A stretch of DNA of 64,000 nt from an uncultured bacterium (lineage in GTDB: Bacteria > Zhuqueibacterota > QNDG01 > DSAB01): assembly GCA_964537715.1 (NCBI GenBank), contig CAZIAH010000002.1:536-64535 (forward strand), given 5' to 3'. Below the pieces are notes generated by a model. That model saw only the letters and a list, made by a program, of their open reading frames with translations. It ran no database searches and was not told the DNA's origin. A program made the translations under genes and the position numbers. This document shows positions 19,205-30,400 of the stretch, in pieces (the first letter of the stretch is position 1; every line of letters begins with the position of its first letter).

Positions 19205-20785
19205 ATGATTAAATTGATTATTTCTGAAGAGCTGCTTTATCCCAAAGCCGTTATCATGGCCATTCTGTTTTTAGCTCTCTGCGCCTTTATCGGATGGTGT
19301 TGGAAGCGTTTTTTCGGATCCAAGTTATCCAGAACAGCCGGTTTTATCGCAGTCACCGCTCTTGTTGTGGTCTTTATCCTTTTCATGATTATTGGTATGA
19401 AACCAGACCATGATGAAGTGGAACACGCGCATGCTGCCTGGCAAATGTCTCAGGGATTGCTTCCCTATACAGATTTTTTCCAGCATCACAGTCCTGCTTT
19501 TTGGATATTGCTTACTCCTATATTCAAAATTCCGGCTTTATCAAGTTATATTCTGGAAACGATTCGTATTATATCCACTTTCCTCAGTCTGGCTACCCTC
19601 GTCATTGTGATTTTCATGACGAAATATATATGGAAAGATAATCTGTCTATCCCGATTGTTATCCTGCTTGTTTTCAGTCATTCAATAGCCGTTGAGCTCT
19701 ATAATTTGAGGCCTGATTTACTTGCGAATGTATTCATTATGGCTGTTTTCTTTTTGATGATACGTTTTAGTAAAACCTGGTCATACTGCATTTCAGGGTT
19801 CCTGCTCGGTCTGGTTTTGTCATTGTCGCCGAAATACTTGCCTTTTATTTTTATATTGCCTTTCATTATGGTTCTGAATTACAAACGTATCTTATTTTAT
19901 TTACGATATTTACCGGTGCACCTGACTGGGATGGTTGTCGGTCTTATTCCCTTGGTTGCATGGTTGTATTACCACCATCTTTTGGATTCGTTTTATCGCT
20001 GGGTATTTTTGTTTAATGTCAACAGGATAGCGATGGGAGGTGACAGGGTTTTTGGGGGAGAGTTTCAGTTCATACTCACCCTCTTCGCTTTTATCGGTTG
20101 TTACCGACTAATTCAATCAAAAAATAAACATCAAAATTTTGTAGGAAAATATTTGACTATTTTTCTTCTTTTATCGGCATGTGTTTATTTGAAAATCTCA
20201 AGAATTCATCATGAATATTATGAACAAATTTTTGTTTTATGTGCTTCTGTTGCTGCTGCGGGTCCTTTTCTGTTACTGATGAAAAGATGGATTGCTGAAC
20301 GTCGTACCATTCTTTTATGTTTATTCATCGGCATTCTTGTCTGGCCTTGTCTACATAAAGTGCAAGGGGAGATTCGCGAGAAGGCTTTTTTAAATGGCAG
20401 AAAGTATATCCAAACCTTGCAAAAATTGGCAAAAAACGAAACGGTGATTTGCATTCCTCCATATCATCCTATATATTGTCGAGATGCGCTTGACATCAAC
20501 AACGCCTGGCAGTATTATTATTATCTTTCGCTTCCTGAATTCCGGGACAGAATGTTGAATACTGTGGACAAAATCATTCAAAAAAAACCTGCCATTATTT
20601 TGAATCACCATAGAGACGGGTTCATACAGCACCTGCTAAGATCAGGCATTATTACGCAAGAAGGGGCGGATTCATTAACGATCTATCTTGATACACATTA
20701 CTGTTTAGCGTATATTCAGAATATGGAGTTTTGGATTCGAAAAGATCGATATGAATGGTATCAAAAATTTCAAAATGAATTTTAG
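19205..20785 (+). CDS. Polytopic membrane glycosyltransferase (GT-C; ArnT/PMT-like)
   Basis: Many TMs; loop DHDEVEHAHAAWQMSQGLLPYTDFFQHHSP; LRPDLLA; SPKY. Confidence 0.7.
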   Translation: MIKLIISEELLYPKAVIMAILFLALCAFIGWCWKRFFGSKLSRTAGFIAVTALVVVFILFMIIGMKPDHDEVEHAHAAWQMSQGLLPYTDFFQHHSPAFWILLTPIFKIPALSSYILETIRIISTFLSLATLVIVIFMTKYIWKDNLSIPIVILLVFSHSIAVELYNLRPDLLANVFIMAVFFLMIRFSKTWSYCISGFLLGLVLSLSPKYLPFIFILPFIMVLNYKRILFYLRYLPVHLTGMVVGLIPLVAWLYYHHLLDSFYRWVFLFNVNRIAMGGDRVFGGEFQFILTLFAFIGCYRLIQSKNKHQNFVGKYLTIFLLLSACVYLKISRIHHEYYEQIFVLCASVAAAGPFLLLMKRWIAERRTILLCLFIGILVWPCLHKVQGEIREKAFLNGRKYIQTLQKLAKNETVICIPPYHPIYCRDALDINNAWQYYYYLSLPEFRDRMLNTVDKIIQKKPAIILNHHRDGFIQHLLRSGIITQEGADSLTIYLDTHYCLAYIQNMEFWIRKDRYEWYQKFQNEF

Positions 20786-21007
20786 CCCGATCTGTTCATA
20801 AATAATATGCGCTTCGCGTAGGGGTTCGGGATAACCATGAAAAATTCATCTGAACATCCGCTTGGAGTAGAAATAACATTTTCAATGGGTCAAGATTCCT
20901 CGAGGTTAGGTTTTATGAATTTTTCACGGTTAGAAATCGTTGCTTCTCAGAACCGAGATTCTAAGAGATGTTTTATCATGTTATAGAAAGTTTTTAAAGT
21001 AACTGCC

Positions 21008-22339
21008 ATGTTCGAATTCAGATTTTCGGATTTTTTTTCTCCTCGTCGTCTTCTCTACTGGCGAAGGCTGTTATGGAAAAGCCAGTATTTTCCGATTGAG
21101 AGACAAAGAGCCCTGCAATGGGAATTGTTGTCAGGTTTATTGAATCATTGTTTTTCGAATGTGCCTTACTATAAAACACTTCTTTCAAGTTTGGGTTTGA
21201 AACGATCTGATTTTAATTGTCTTGAAGATATATCAAAACTACCGATTTTAAACAAAAATAAAGTGTTGGATCAAAATGAATCATTTAAGGCAAAATTATT
21301 TGAGAAATACCGTCCCAGCAAGAGGAATACCACTGGAACCACAGGCACTCCGCTACAGGTGTACTGGGACCTTGATACCAATGTGATGGAACTCCTCTGT
21401 CATTGGAGACATTATTCCTGGTTCGGTTACAAACTCGGTATGCCATTTCTGGATATTCGCAGTTATAGTCAGCATTTATCCGGGCATTTTAGATGGAACT
21501 GGAAATGTCAAAGTCTTGAGATTTCGAGTAGTCATTTGAATGAGTCGAATATCAAAGCCTATGCAAAACTGTTTAAAAGATATCGTATCCGGTTTTGGCG
21601 CGGTCATCCCCACGCAATAGACCAGTTGTGTCGTTATTTGGATAACGCAAAAATTTATGATGTGAAACCCAAATACATCGTTACGGTGGGTGAGGCGTTA
21701 TTGGAATATCAGCGGCATTTCATCGAATCCTGGACAGGCGTTTTCATAGGAGACAATTATGGACTGACAGAACATAACGCACTTATCTGTCAATGTCCCG
21801 AAGGCGGTTATCATATTGCTACAGAGTACGGTCTTGTTGAAATCATCAAAGAGGATGGAACACCGGCCAATTTTGGTGAGGAGGGCAGGATTATCGCCAC
21901 AGGTCTGCATAACAAGGCATTTCCTTTGATTCGTTATGATACGGGCGATTATGCAATATTGTCCAATCAAACATGTTCATGCGGAAGAACATTGCCTTTG
22001 ATCGAAGCGTTAACCGGCAGAATTGACGATCATGTTATGGATGTTAATGGACGATGGGTTTCCAGTCTTTACCGGTCATTTAAATTTGTCAAAGGTATTC
22101 GCTGTTCTCAGATCGTTCAAAAAGAATTCGGCGCCATTGATGTTTATATCGTTCCCGCAAAAGATTATAATGAACATATAAAAACATTGTTACTTGCTGG
22201 ATTGCACAAAGAATTGGGTGAAAGAATGAATATTCAGATTTACACTGTTAGGGAACTTCCATTTCAATCCCTTAAAAAATTTAAATTTGTCATTAATCGG
22301 TTACAACAGGAAACTTCTGTCAGTGGGGAAAATGCCTGA
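21008..22339 (+). CDS. PaaK/CapK-like adenylate-forming ligase
   Basis: NVPYY...DISKLPILNK, TTGTTGTP, DNYGLTE, AFPLIRYDTGD, CSCGRTLP...GRIDD. Confidence 0.85.
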   Translation: MFEFRFSDFFSPRRLLYWRRLLWKSQYFPIERQRALQWELLSGLLNHCFSNVPYYKTLLSSLGLKRSDFNCLEDISKLPILNKNKVLDQNESFKAKLFEKYRPSKRNTTGTTGTPLQVYWDLDTNVMELLCHWRHYSWFGYKLGMPFLDIRSYSQHLSGHFRWNWKCQSLEISSSHLNESNIKAYAKLFKRYRIRFWRGHPHAIDQLCRYLDNAKIYDVKPKYIVTVGEALLEYQRHFIESWTGVFIGDNYGLTEHNALICQCPEGGYHIATEYGLVEIIKEDGTPANFGEEGRIIATGLHNKAFPLIRYDTGDYAILSNQTCSCGRTLPLIEALTGRIDDHVMDVNGRWVSSLYRSFKFVKGIRCSQIVQKEFGAIDVYIVPAKDYNEHIKTLLLAGLHKELGERMNIQIYTVRELPFQSLKKFKFVINRLQQETSVSGENA

Positions 22340-22416
22340 AATGTAAAGTCTCTAAGGCTGTGATATGATATTCTTTTATGCCATATCCAGAACTATAAAT
22401 TGGAATACCATTTTGT

Positions 22417-23784
22417 TTGAAATGGCATTCTTTAAACAATGGTATTTATTCAATGCATAATCCTATTTATATTTCAATTCTTGGCGGAGGTCCTGCTGGT
22501 CTTGCCGCGGGATATTATGCTGCAAAGGGGGAATTTAAATTTACAATATACGAAGCCAGTAACAGGATTGGCGGAAACTGTGCGACTTTGACTTGGAACA
22601 ATTTCCGTTTTGATTTGGGTGCACATCGTTTCCATGACAAAGATGAGAAGGTTACCCAAGATATAAGCCATTTACTGAAAAACGATCTGCATAAAATAAA
22701 TATCCCCAGTCAAATTTATTATAACGACCGTTTAATCAATTTCCCTCTTGCCCCGTTGAATCTCATAAGAAATATGCGTCCAATGGCTGTATGTGATGCA
22801 GGAATGACCTGGTTGATGTCCAGACTTATCAATAACAAGGCATCGTTTAGGAGTTTTGAAAGCCTTGCAATACATACTTACGGAAAAACAATTGCAGAAC
22901 GGTTTTTATTGAATTATTCTGAGAAATTGTGGGGTTTGCCGTGCAACAGGCTCTCACCAGACATATCGGGAAAACGACTTAAAGGTTTAAACCTGACTAC
23001 TTTTCTCATGGAAGCATTTACATCTAAGATGGCCAAGGCCGAACATTTGGATGGTTCCTTTTATTATCCTGAAAAAGGGTTTGGTGAAATCGTGGAAAGG
23101 ATGGGTAATTTCATCGGTTCAAAAAACATTCTCACCAATTCACGTGTAACCAGGATCTATCATAAAAATAATAAAATTGATGGGATCGAAATAAATAATC
23201 GTCACATTATAAGAACAAATCATGTCATCAGTACACTGCCTTTGCCAATGTTTGTACATATGATGGAGCCTGCCCCCCCGGAACAGATTCTAACGTTATC
23301 CAATTCGCTTTCTTTTCGCAGCCTGCTTCTGATCGTACTTTTTCTGAATGTGGAGTCGGTTACGCAATCTGGCACCGTATACTTCCCGGGTTTTCAGTTT
23401 CCTTTTACCCGTGTATCCGAACCAAAGAACAGAGGTCCATTTATGTCCCCGCCAGGAAAGACCTCGCTCATTGTTGAAATACCATGCAGTCAGGATGAAA
23501 AGACAGGTGCCGCTGAAAATCATCAGTGGACGAAAATGGTTTGTTCGAAACTCAACCAGATCGGATGGATTGAGGAAAAATATATCATCCATTCGCTGGT
23601 GCACCGTGTGGATTATGCCTATCCTGTATTGGAAATCGGTCATGAAAAAAAATTGGAGAGGATCTTGGATTTTCTGAATCGATTTACAAACCTGAAACTT
23701 ATCGGGCGGAACAGCTTGTTCAAATATACGCATTTCCATGATATGATGCGATTCGGTTCCAGCGTTATTGATGAGTATGTATAG
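22417..23784 (+). CDS. FAD-dependent oxidoreductase (HemY/Glf-like)
   Basis: ILGGGPAGLAAG, EASNRIGG, FDLGAHRF, YYPEKGFG, IGRNSLFKY; likely start is ATG ~22453. Confidence 0.8.
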   Translation: MKWHSLNNGIYSMHNPIYISILGGGPAGLAAGYYAAKGEFKFTIYEASNRIGGNCATLTWNNFRFDLGAHRFHDKDEKVTQDISHLLKNDLHKINIPSQIYYNDRLINFPLAPLNLIRNMRPMAVCDAGMTWLMSRLINNKASFRSFESLAIHTYGKTIAERFLLNYSEKLWGLPCNRLSPDISGKRLKGLNLTTFLMEAFTSKMAKAEHLDGSFYYPEKGFGEIVERMGNFIGSKNILTNSRVTRIYHKNNKIDGIEINNRHIIRTNHVISTLPLPMFVHMMEPAPPEQILTLSNSLSFRSLLLIVLFLNVESVTQSGTVYFPGFQFPFTRVSEPKNRGPFMSPPGKTSLIVEIPCSQDEKTGAAENHQWTKMVCSKLNQIGWIEEKYIIHSLVHRVDYAYPVLEIGHEKKLERILDFLNRFTNLKLIGRNSLFKYTHFHDMMRFGSSVIDEYV

Positions 23785-23875
23785 AAGACGATTTCCTGGC
23801 AGGTCGTCGTATATCGAACAAGTGATTGAGTGAATGAAGACAGCTTTTGTTGTAAAGTGGAATTCACTTTTTTAA

Positions 23876-24108
23876 AATTATCCCAATCCATTCAATCCGG
23901 CCACGGAAATTTCGTATTCTCTCGATAAGCCTGTTGATATCAAACTGGTTGTTTTTGATGTGATGAGACGGGAGATTGCGACTCTGATCAATCAGATACA
24001 GTCTTCTGGAAATTACAAAGTCGAGTCCGATCTGAGCAACGATGGTTATTTTTACAAGGGTGAAACGGCTCGGCATATCATGTTAAAAAGATGACACTGA
24101 TCAAAATA
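23876..24108 (+). pseudogene. Decayed orphan CTD fragment
   Basis: Hand translation from 23876: NYPNPFNPATEISYSLDKPVDIKLVVFDVMRREIATLINQIQSSGNYKV...DGYFYKGET. An in-frame TAA lies directly upstream, and the MTLIK-like end is degenerate. Confidence 0.75.
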
Positions 24109-24141
24109 GAACCCACAAAATATCCTTTTATATAAAAAGAA

Positions 24142-24156
24142 TGGTACAATTTGTGC
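24142..24156 (+). promoter_or_regulatory. Putative sigma-54 promoter upstream of the giant adhesin
   Basis: TGGTACAATTTGTGC with correct GG-N10-GC spacing. Confidence 0.4.
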
Positions 24157-24485
24157 GTTTGGAGTTTGCAAATCAATTGTTGCCGACTCTGAATTGAAGA
24201 TTAGTCCATTCAGTCCTTAAAAGAGTTGGTCTTTTAATTCTTTAATACAGTATTTCCCAAAGAGAAAACGGATCATTGTTTGATAACATAAAAATATCTT
24301 TTCCCGTAATTGTTAATTAAATAGTTATGTAATCTATATGTAATCGTTATTTTCTAAGATGAATACGATGTGTAATAAGTAAATGCATAAATAAGGTTCA
24401 TTTCTTTTTTACTCCTGAGGTGCTTAATTATGAGAATATCGAGGTAACGACAATCATTTCGAATTGCAAAATGGAGGAATACAGA

Positions 24486-27400
24486 ATGAAATTCGGGAGA
24501 TGTTTTAAGGAGAATTTTTTTATCGGAGTATGGATCGTTGTTTTTTTGTTATGTTTACACATTTCACCAGTTTTATCTCAGGTGGTTAACATTCCCGATG
24601 CAGTTGGGGATGTTGGGATTCCAGTTGATGCGACTATTCCTACACCGCCGGCCGGGACAATCAGCGGTTGGGACATGCAGCTTGTGAGATTGACTTACAA
24701 TTCTTCGACGGATGTGATGTCCGTGTTTATGGATTTTGACGGCATCGGAGGCGACGCGGATGATGACGGAGATCCCGGCGGAACAAGTGCCTGGCTCGCT
24801 GTCCGCGGCGGGACCGACCATGCCAATCTGAGCGGACCGGAAGCATTGTGTATTGGCTTTGATTCGGACAATGATTTCCAGGCCGAATTTGTGGTGGGTG
24901 TGAGCAACAGTACAAGCATGGATTTTAGTAATTTTGCAATTCATAATTGTAACGGAGCGGCGCTTTATTCGCCTCAGACCAGTGTTTTGTGGGGGACCAA
25001 AATTGCCGATATCACGGATGCAGCCTGGAGCTCGGGCGATCTTTCATTTACGATACCCAATTTTTCAACCATGCCGGGATTTTCTTTTACACCCGGCGAG
25101 AGTTTTACGGTACGGCTCATGGCTTTTGCCGGTTCCGATGATGATGACGGCATTGGTGAGGACAAAGTGCCCAATTCTCCGGGCGAGGTGGATTTTTTTG
25201 CGGATTATGGGGATGCGCCGGCACCCTATCCTACTCTGAAAGCAGACAACGGCGCCTATCATGTAATCAATTACAGTCTCACACTGGGTGCGAGTATCGA
25301 CGGTGAAGCCGACGGCCAGCCGAATGCTGGCGCCACCGGAGATGATATAGATGGCAATGACGATGAAGACGGTGTCACATTCCTGACCAATCTGGTGCGG
25401 AGTCAGCAGGCCACGGTCCGGGTGAATGCTTCGGCATCCGGAAAGTTGGATGCGTGGATCGATTTCAATGACGACGGGGACTGGGCAGATTCCGGGGAAA
25501 AAGTTTTCGACAATGTATCGGTCAGTTCTGGCAACAATGATCTGACGTTTACAGTGCCAGCAACAGCAACCATAACGACTCAAACGTTTTCCCGATTTCG
25601 TCTCAGCTCCGCAGGGGGATTGTCTTACACGGGAAAGGGCGATGACGGTGAAGTGGAAGATTACGCAGTAGAGATCCGGGACTATCTGGATTTCGGAGAT
25701 GCACCGGAAACCAATTATCCGACGACTCTGACGAACAACGGTCCGAGACATCAGATTCAATCCGGCGTCAGACTGGGAAGCAGCATTGACAATGAATTCG
25801 ACGGCCAGCCCAATTCTGGTGCGACCGGAGACGATATTGCCGGGATTGATGATGAAGACGGTGTGGCTTTTCCTTCGGGACTGGTTCAGGGAGCCAATTC
25901 CAGCGTCAATGTCACTGCTTCGGTCGCGGGATACCTTCACGCCTGGGTTGACTGGAACGATGATGGGGATTGGGATGATGCTGGCGAAAAAGTTTTCAAC
26001 AATCAGATACTTTCTCCGGGAGTGAACAATCTCTCAATCAGTGTTCCCTGGGATGCCCAGCTCGGGCAAACCTATTCCCGTTTTCGTTTTGTGACCGGTT
26101 CCACGCCGGGAATGGCTTATACCGGTTTGGCTTCCACGGGTGAGGTTGAAGATTATGTGGTGACCATTTCCGAGCAGATTGATTTTGGAGATGCACCCGA
26201 TCCGACCTATCCCACTTATCTGGCAAACGATGGCGCCCGGCACCGTATGGACGGATCGCACTTTCTGGGTTCTTCTGTGGATTCGGAAAGCGATGGCCAA
26301 CCTACATCTGGAGCAGATGGGGATGATACGGATGGAAATGATGATGAGGATGGTGTGACATTTACCTCCCAACTGGTTCCTGCACTGACAACCACTCTCA
26401 ATGTCAGTGCCAATGCGGCCGGTTTGCTCTCCGGCTGGGTCGATTTTAATCGGGACGGCGACTGGAACGATACGGGTGAACAGGTTTTCAATAACGAATC
26501 CCTCTCTGCAGGTGTCAATTCACTCAGTTTTGCTGTGCCATACGGTGCACAGTCCGGCGACACGTACGCCCGATTCCGTTTCAGCACAAACAGCGGCCTT
26601 TCGACGACCGGATACATAGACAATGGTGAAGTGGAAGATTATCTGGTCACGATTCAGCCGGGACGGGATTACGGAGACGCCCCAGATCCGGCCTATCCGA
26701 CGCTTTTGGCGAGTTCCGGTGCCTATCATACGATTTCGAGCGGATTCTATCTGGGCGGTTCCATTGATGCTGAAGCAGACGGACAACCGACGGTTGGGGC
26801 CGATGGCGATGATATAAATGGGATTGATGATGAGGATGGGGTGGTTTTCAACAGTACACTCAGGCCTTATCAATCGGCCTCCATTACGGTAACAGCTTCA
26901 CAGGCTGGTCAATTGGACGCTTGGATTGATTTCAATGACGATGGCGACTGGAATGATGCAAGCGAAAAGGTTTTCGATGATTATGCTTTGTCTGCAGGGT
27001 CCAATCCGCTCAGTTTTACGGTTCCTGGAACCGCTGTACCTACCAGTCAAACCTATGCCCGTTTCCGATTTAGCAGCGCGGGCGGATTGGGTGTGACTGG
27101 CGGTGCTTCCGACGGCGAAGTTGAGGATTATACACACGGCATCGGCGCAGCGCAGGATTTTGGAGATGCACCGGCAACTTATCCTGTGCTTTTGGCCGAT
27201 AACGGAGCACGGCACGATTTGGGTTCCGGATTGCGGTTCGGAGCCAGTGTCGATGGTGACCCGGATGGTCAGCCCACAACGGGGGCTACCGGCGATGATA
27301 CGGACGGGAATGACGATGAGGATGGTGTAAGTTTTGACACACCACTGGTCCAGTATCAGCAAGCACAAATTACGGTTAATGCTTCAGGTGCCGCAAGGCT

Positions 27401-30400
27401 CGATGCGTGGATCGATTACAACGATGACGGTGACTGGAACGATTCCGGTGAGAGAATTTTTAATAACCGTAGTTTGTCCGCTGGTAATAATGTGTTGAAT
27501 TTCACGGTTCCAGGGACGGCTACTGTGACGTCACAGACATACGCCCGTTTCCGCATTAGCAGCTCGGGCGGATTGTTTCCGAGCGGACAGGCCAGTGACG
27601 GAGAGGTGGAAGACTACGAAATCGAAATCGAAGTCGCCCAGGATTTTGGAGATGTGCCTGATCCGACTTATCCGGTTCTTCTTGCCAGTAACGGCGCGAG
27701 GCACACCATTGTCTCCGGATTCCGGCTTGGTGGGAGCATCGACGGTGAAGCCGATGGCCAGCCGAGTGCAGGAGCGACCGGGGATGATACAAACGGTACA
27801 GATGATGAAGATGGCGTCACATTACCCTCATCGATCGTTCCGGGCACCACAGCCTATGTCACCGTAAATGCTTCATCTGCGGGCAAACTGGATGCGTGGA
27901 TCGATTTTAATGATGACGGCGACTGGGGAGATACCAACGAAAAAATCTTCAACAATCTCGATGTCTCTGCCGGGGATAACAATCTTTCATTTTCGGTGCC
28001 TCTGTCTGCTTCGGCACCCTCTGCCACTTTTGCGCGGTTCCGTTTCAGTTCCACGGGAGGATTGGGTGTCACCGATCTGGCCAGCGACGGGGAAGTCGAA
28101 GATTATACAGTTAATATCGAAACGGCTTCGCCTTCGATTCATATTGAGAAAGCCACGGAAGGTCAGGACGCAGATTTGCCCACCGGACCCTTTATTCCTG
28201 TTGCCAACACTGTCCACTGGACGTATACGGTTACAAACACCGGAAATGTGCCTCTGGCAAGCGTGGCTGTAACGGATGACAACGGCACACCGGGTGTGCC
28301 GGGAGATGATTTTAATCCGACTTTTTTGGGTGGGGATACCAATGGCAACAGTTTGTTGGACACCTATGAAACCTGGAATTATCAGGCTCAGGGTGTGGCT
28401 GTTTCGGGTCAATATGGAAATGATGCTGATGTGCTTGGACGTTTTAACAGTATTCCGTATACCGATCATGATCCGAGTCATTATTTTGGTTATTATGCGG
28501 GAATACATATCGAAAAATCCACCAATGGACAGGATGCGGATGATCCCACCGGACCCCAGGTTCCTGTGAACAGTACGGTGACATGGGATTATACGGTGAC
28601 GAATCTGGGGAATGTCGGGTTGACCAATGTTTCCATAATGGATGACGCGGGTTCACCGGGAAATCCGGGAGATAATTTTAATCCGACTTTCATCGGAGGG
28701 AACATCGACGGGGATGACAGTTTGGATGTGAGCGAGACCTGGCTCTACCGGGCAACTGGATCAGCCGGTTCCGGCCAGTACGAGAATGTGGCTCTGGTTA
28801 CCGGCAGAGACCCGGGGAGTCACACTGTCTCGGATGACGATACCAGCCACTATTTTGGTTATTCAATGGGAATTCACATCGAAAAAGCCACGAATGGTGA
28901 GGATGCGGATGATCCGACCGGTCCGGCCATTCCTTTTGGCGATTCTGTGACCTGGACCTATGTAGTAACCAATACGGGAGCTGTTCCTCTGGGGAATGTT
29001 CAGGTAACAGACGATCAAGGAGTGTCAGTCTCTTTCCTCAATGGGGATAGCAATGCAAACGATAGCCTCGATGTGATCGAAACCTGGAATTATGAAGGTT
29101 CGGGTTCGGCCACGTGGGGTCAATATGCCAACCTCGGTAGTGTTCAGGGAACAGACTGGCAGGGCTATATGGCCAATGATGATGATTCGAGTCATTACAT
29201 CGGATATTATACGGGTTCTATCGGAGATTATGTCTGGATTGATAAAGATGAAGACAGTGTACAGGATGCGGACGAGTCGGGTATCCCAGATGTGGAATTA
29301 TGGCTCATTCAGGGAACGGATACACTTCGGAAGGATACCACGAATGCTGCGGGTATTTACGATTTCACCAATCTTCCGGTAGGGAATTACATTGTTGATG
29401 TGAACGAAGCGAGTCTGCCTGCTGATTTTTATCTGACGACCCACAATGAGCCGGATACGGTGGATCTGGCCATGGGAGAAGATTACAATGATGCCGATTT
29501 TGGTTATAGACCAAAAGGCGGCAGTATCGGTGATTACGTCTGGCACGATGCGGATGGTGAAGGAGATCAGGATCCCGGTGAGAAAGGGATTCCGAATGTG
29601 AAGGTGATACTGCGGAATGAAGCATGGGTTGTGATTAGAATGCTTTACACTAATAATACTGGTTATTACCGTTTCAGCAATCTGTATCCTGGGACCTATC
29701 GGGTCGAAGTCGATGAAACGACCCTGCCGGAAAGTTATGTCCGTACTTCTGCTGTCGATCGTTACACCATTGATCTTCAAGCGGGGGAAATTGTGTATTA
29801 TGCAGATTTTGGATATAAAGGTTCTCTCGGCAGTATTGGCGATTATGTCTGGTACGATGAAGACGGTGAGGGAGATCAGGATGAATCCAATGCCGGTATA
29901 CCGGATGTCGTTCTGAAACTCATTTTCGATAATACTGTGATAAAGACCGATACGACAGACGCGAACGGGGCATATGATTTCACCGGACTTGAGGCGGGTC
30001 TTTATGTTGTCGATGTAGAAGACAGCACGGTACCGGACTGGTATACTCTGACCACCCATAATGAGCCGGATACGATATTGCTGTCGATTGCCGAAGATTA
30101 TAACGATGCGGATTTCGGTTACCGGTTGAAACCGACCGGTTCCATTGGAGATTATGTCTGGGAGGACAAAAATCGTGACGGTAATCAGGACGGAGATGAG
30201 ACCGGATTGCCGGAAATTACGGTCGGTCTATTTGACACGCTGGGGACACTCTTGATGCTGGATTCCACGGATACCGGTGGCATGTATCTGTTTGAGGAGC
30301 TTCAGCCGGGTTTCTATGTGGTCGATGTTTATGCGGCTGACGAAGATATGCCCTCGAATTATGTCTGTACCACAAACAACGATCCTATGCGCGTGGAATT

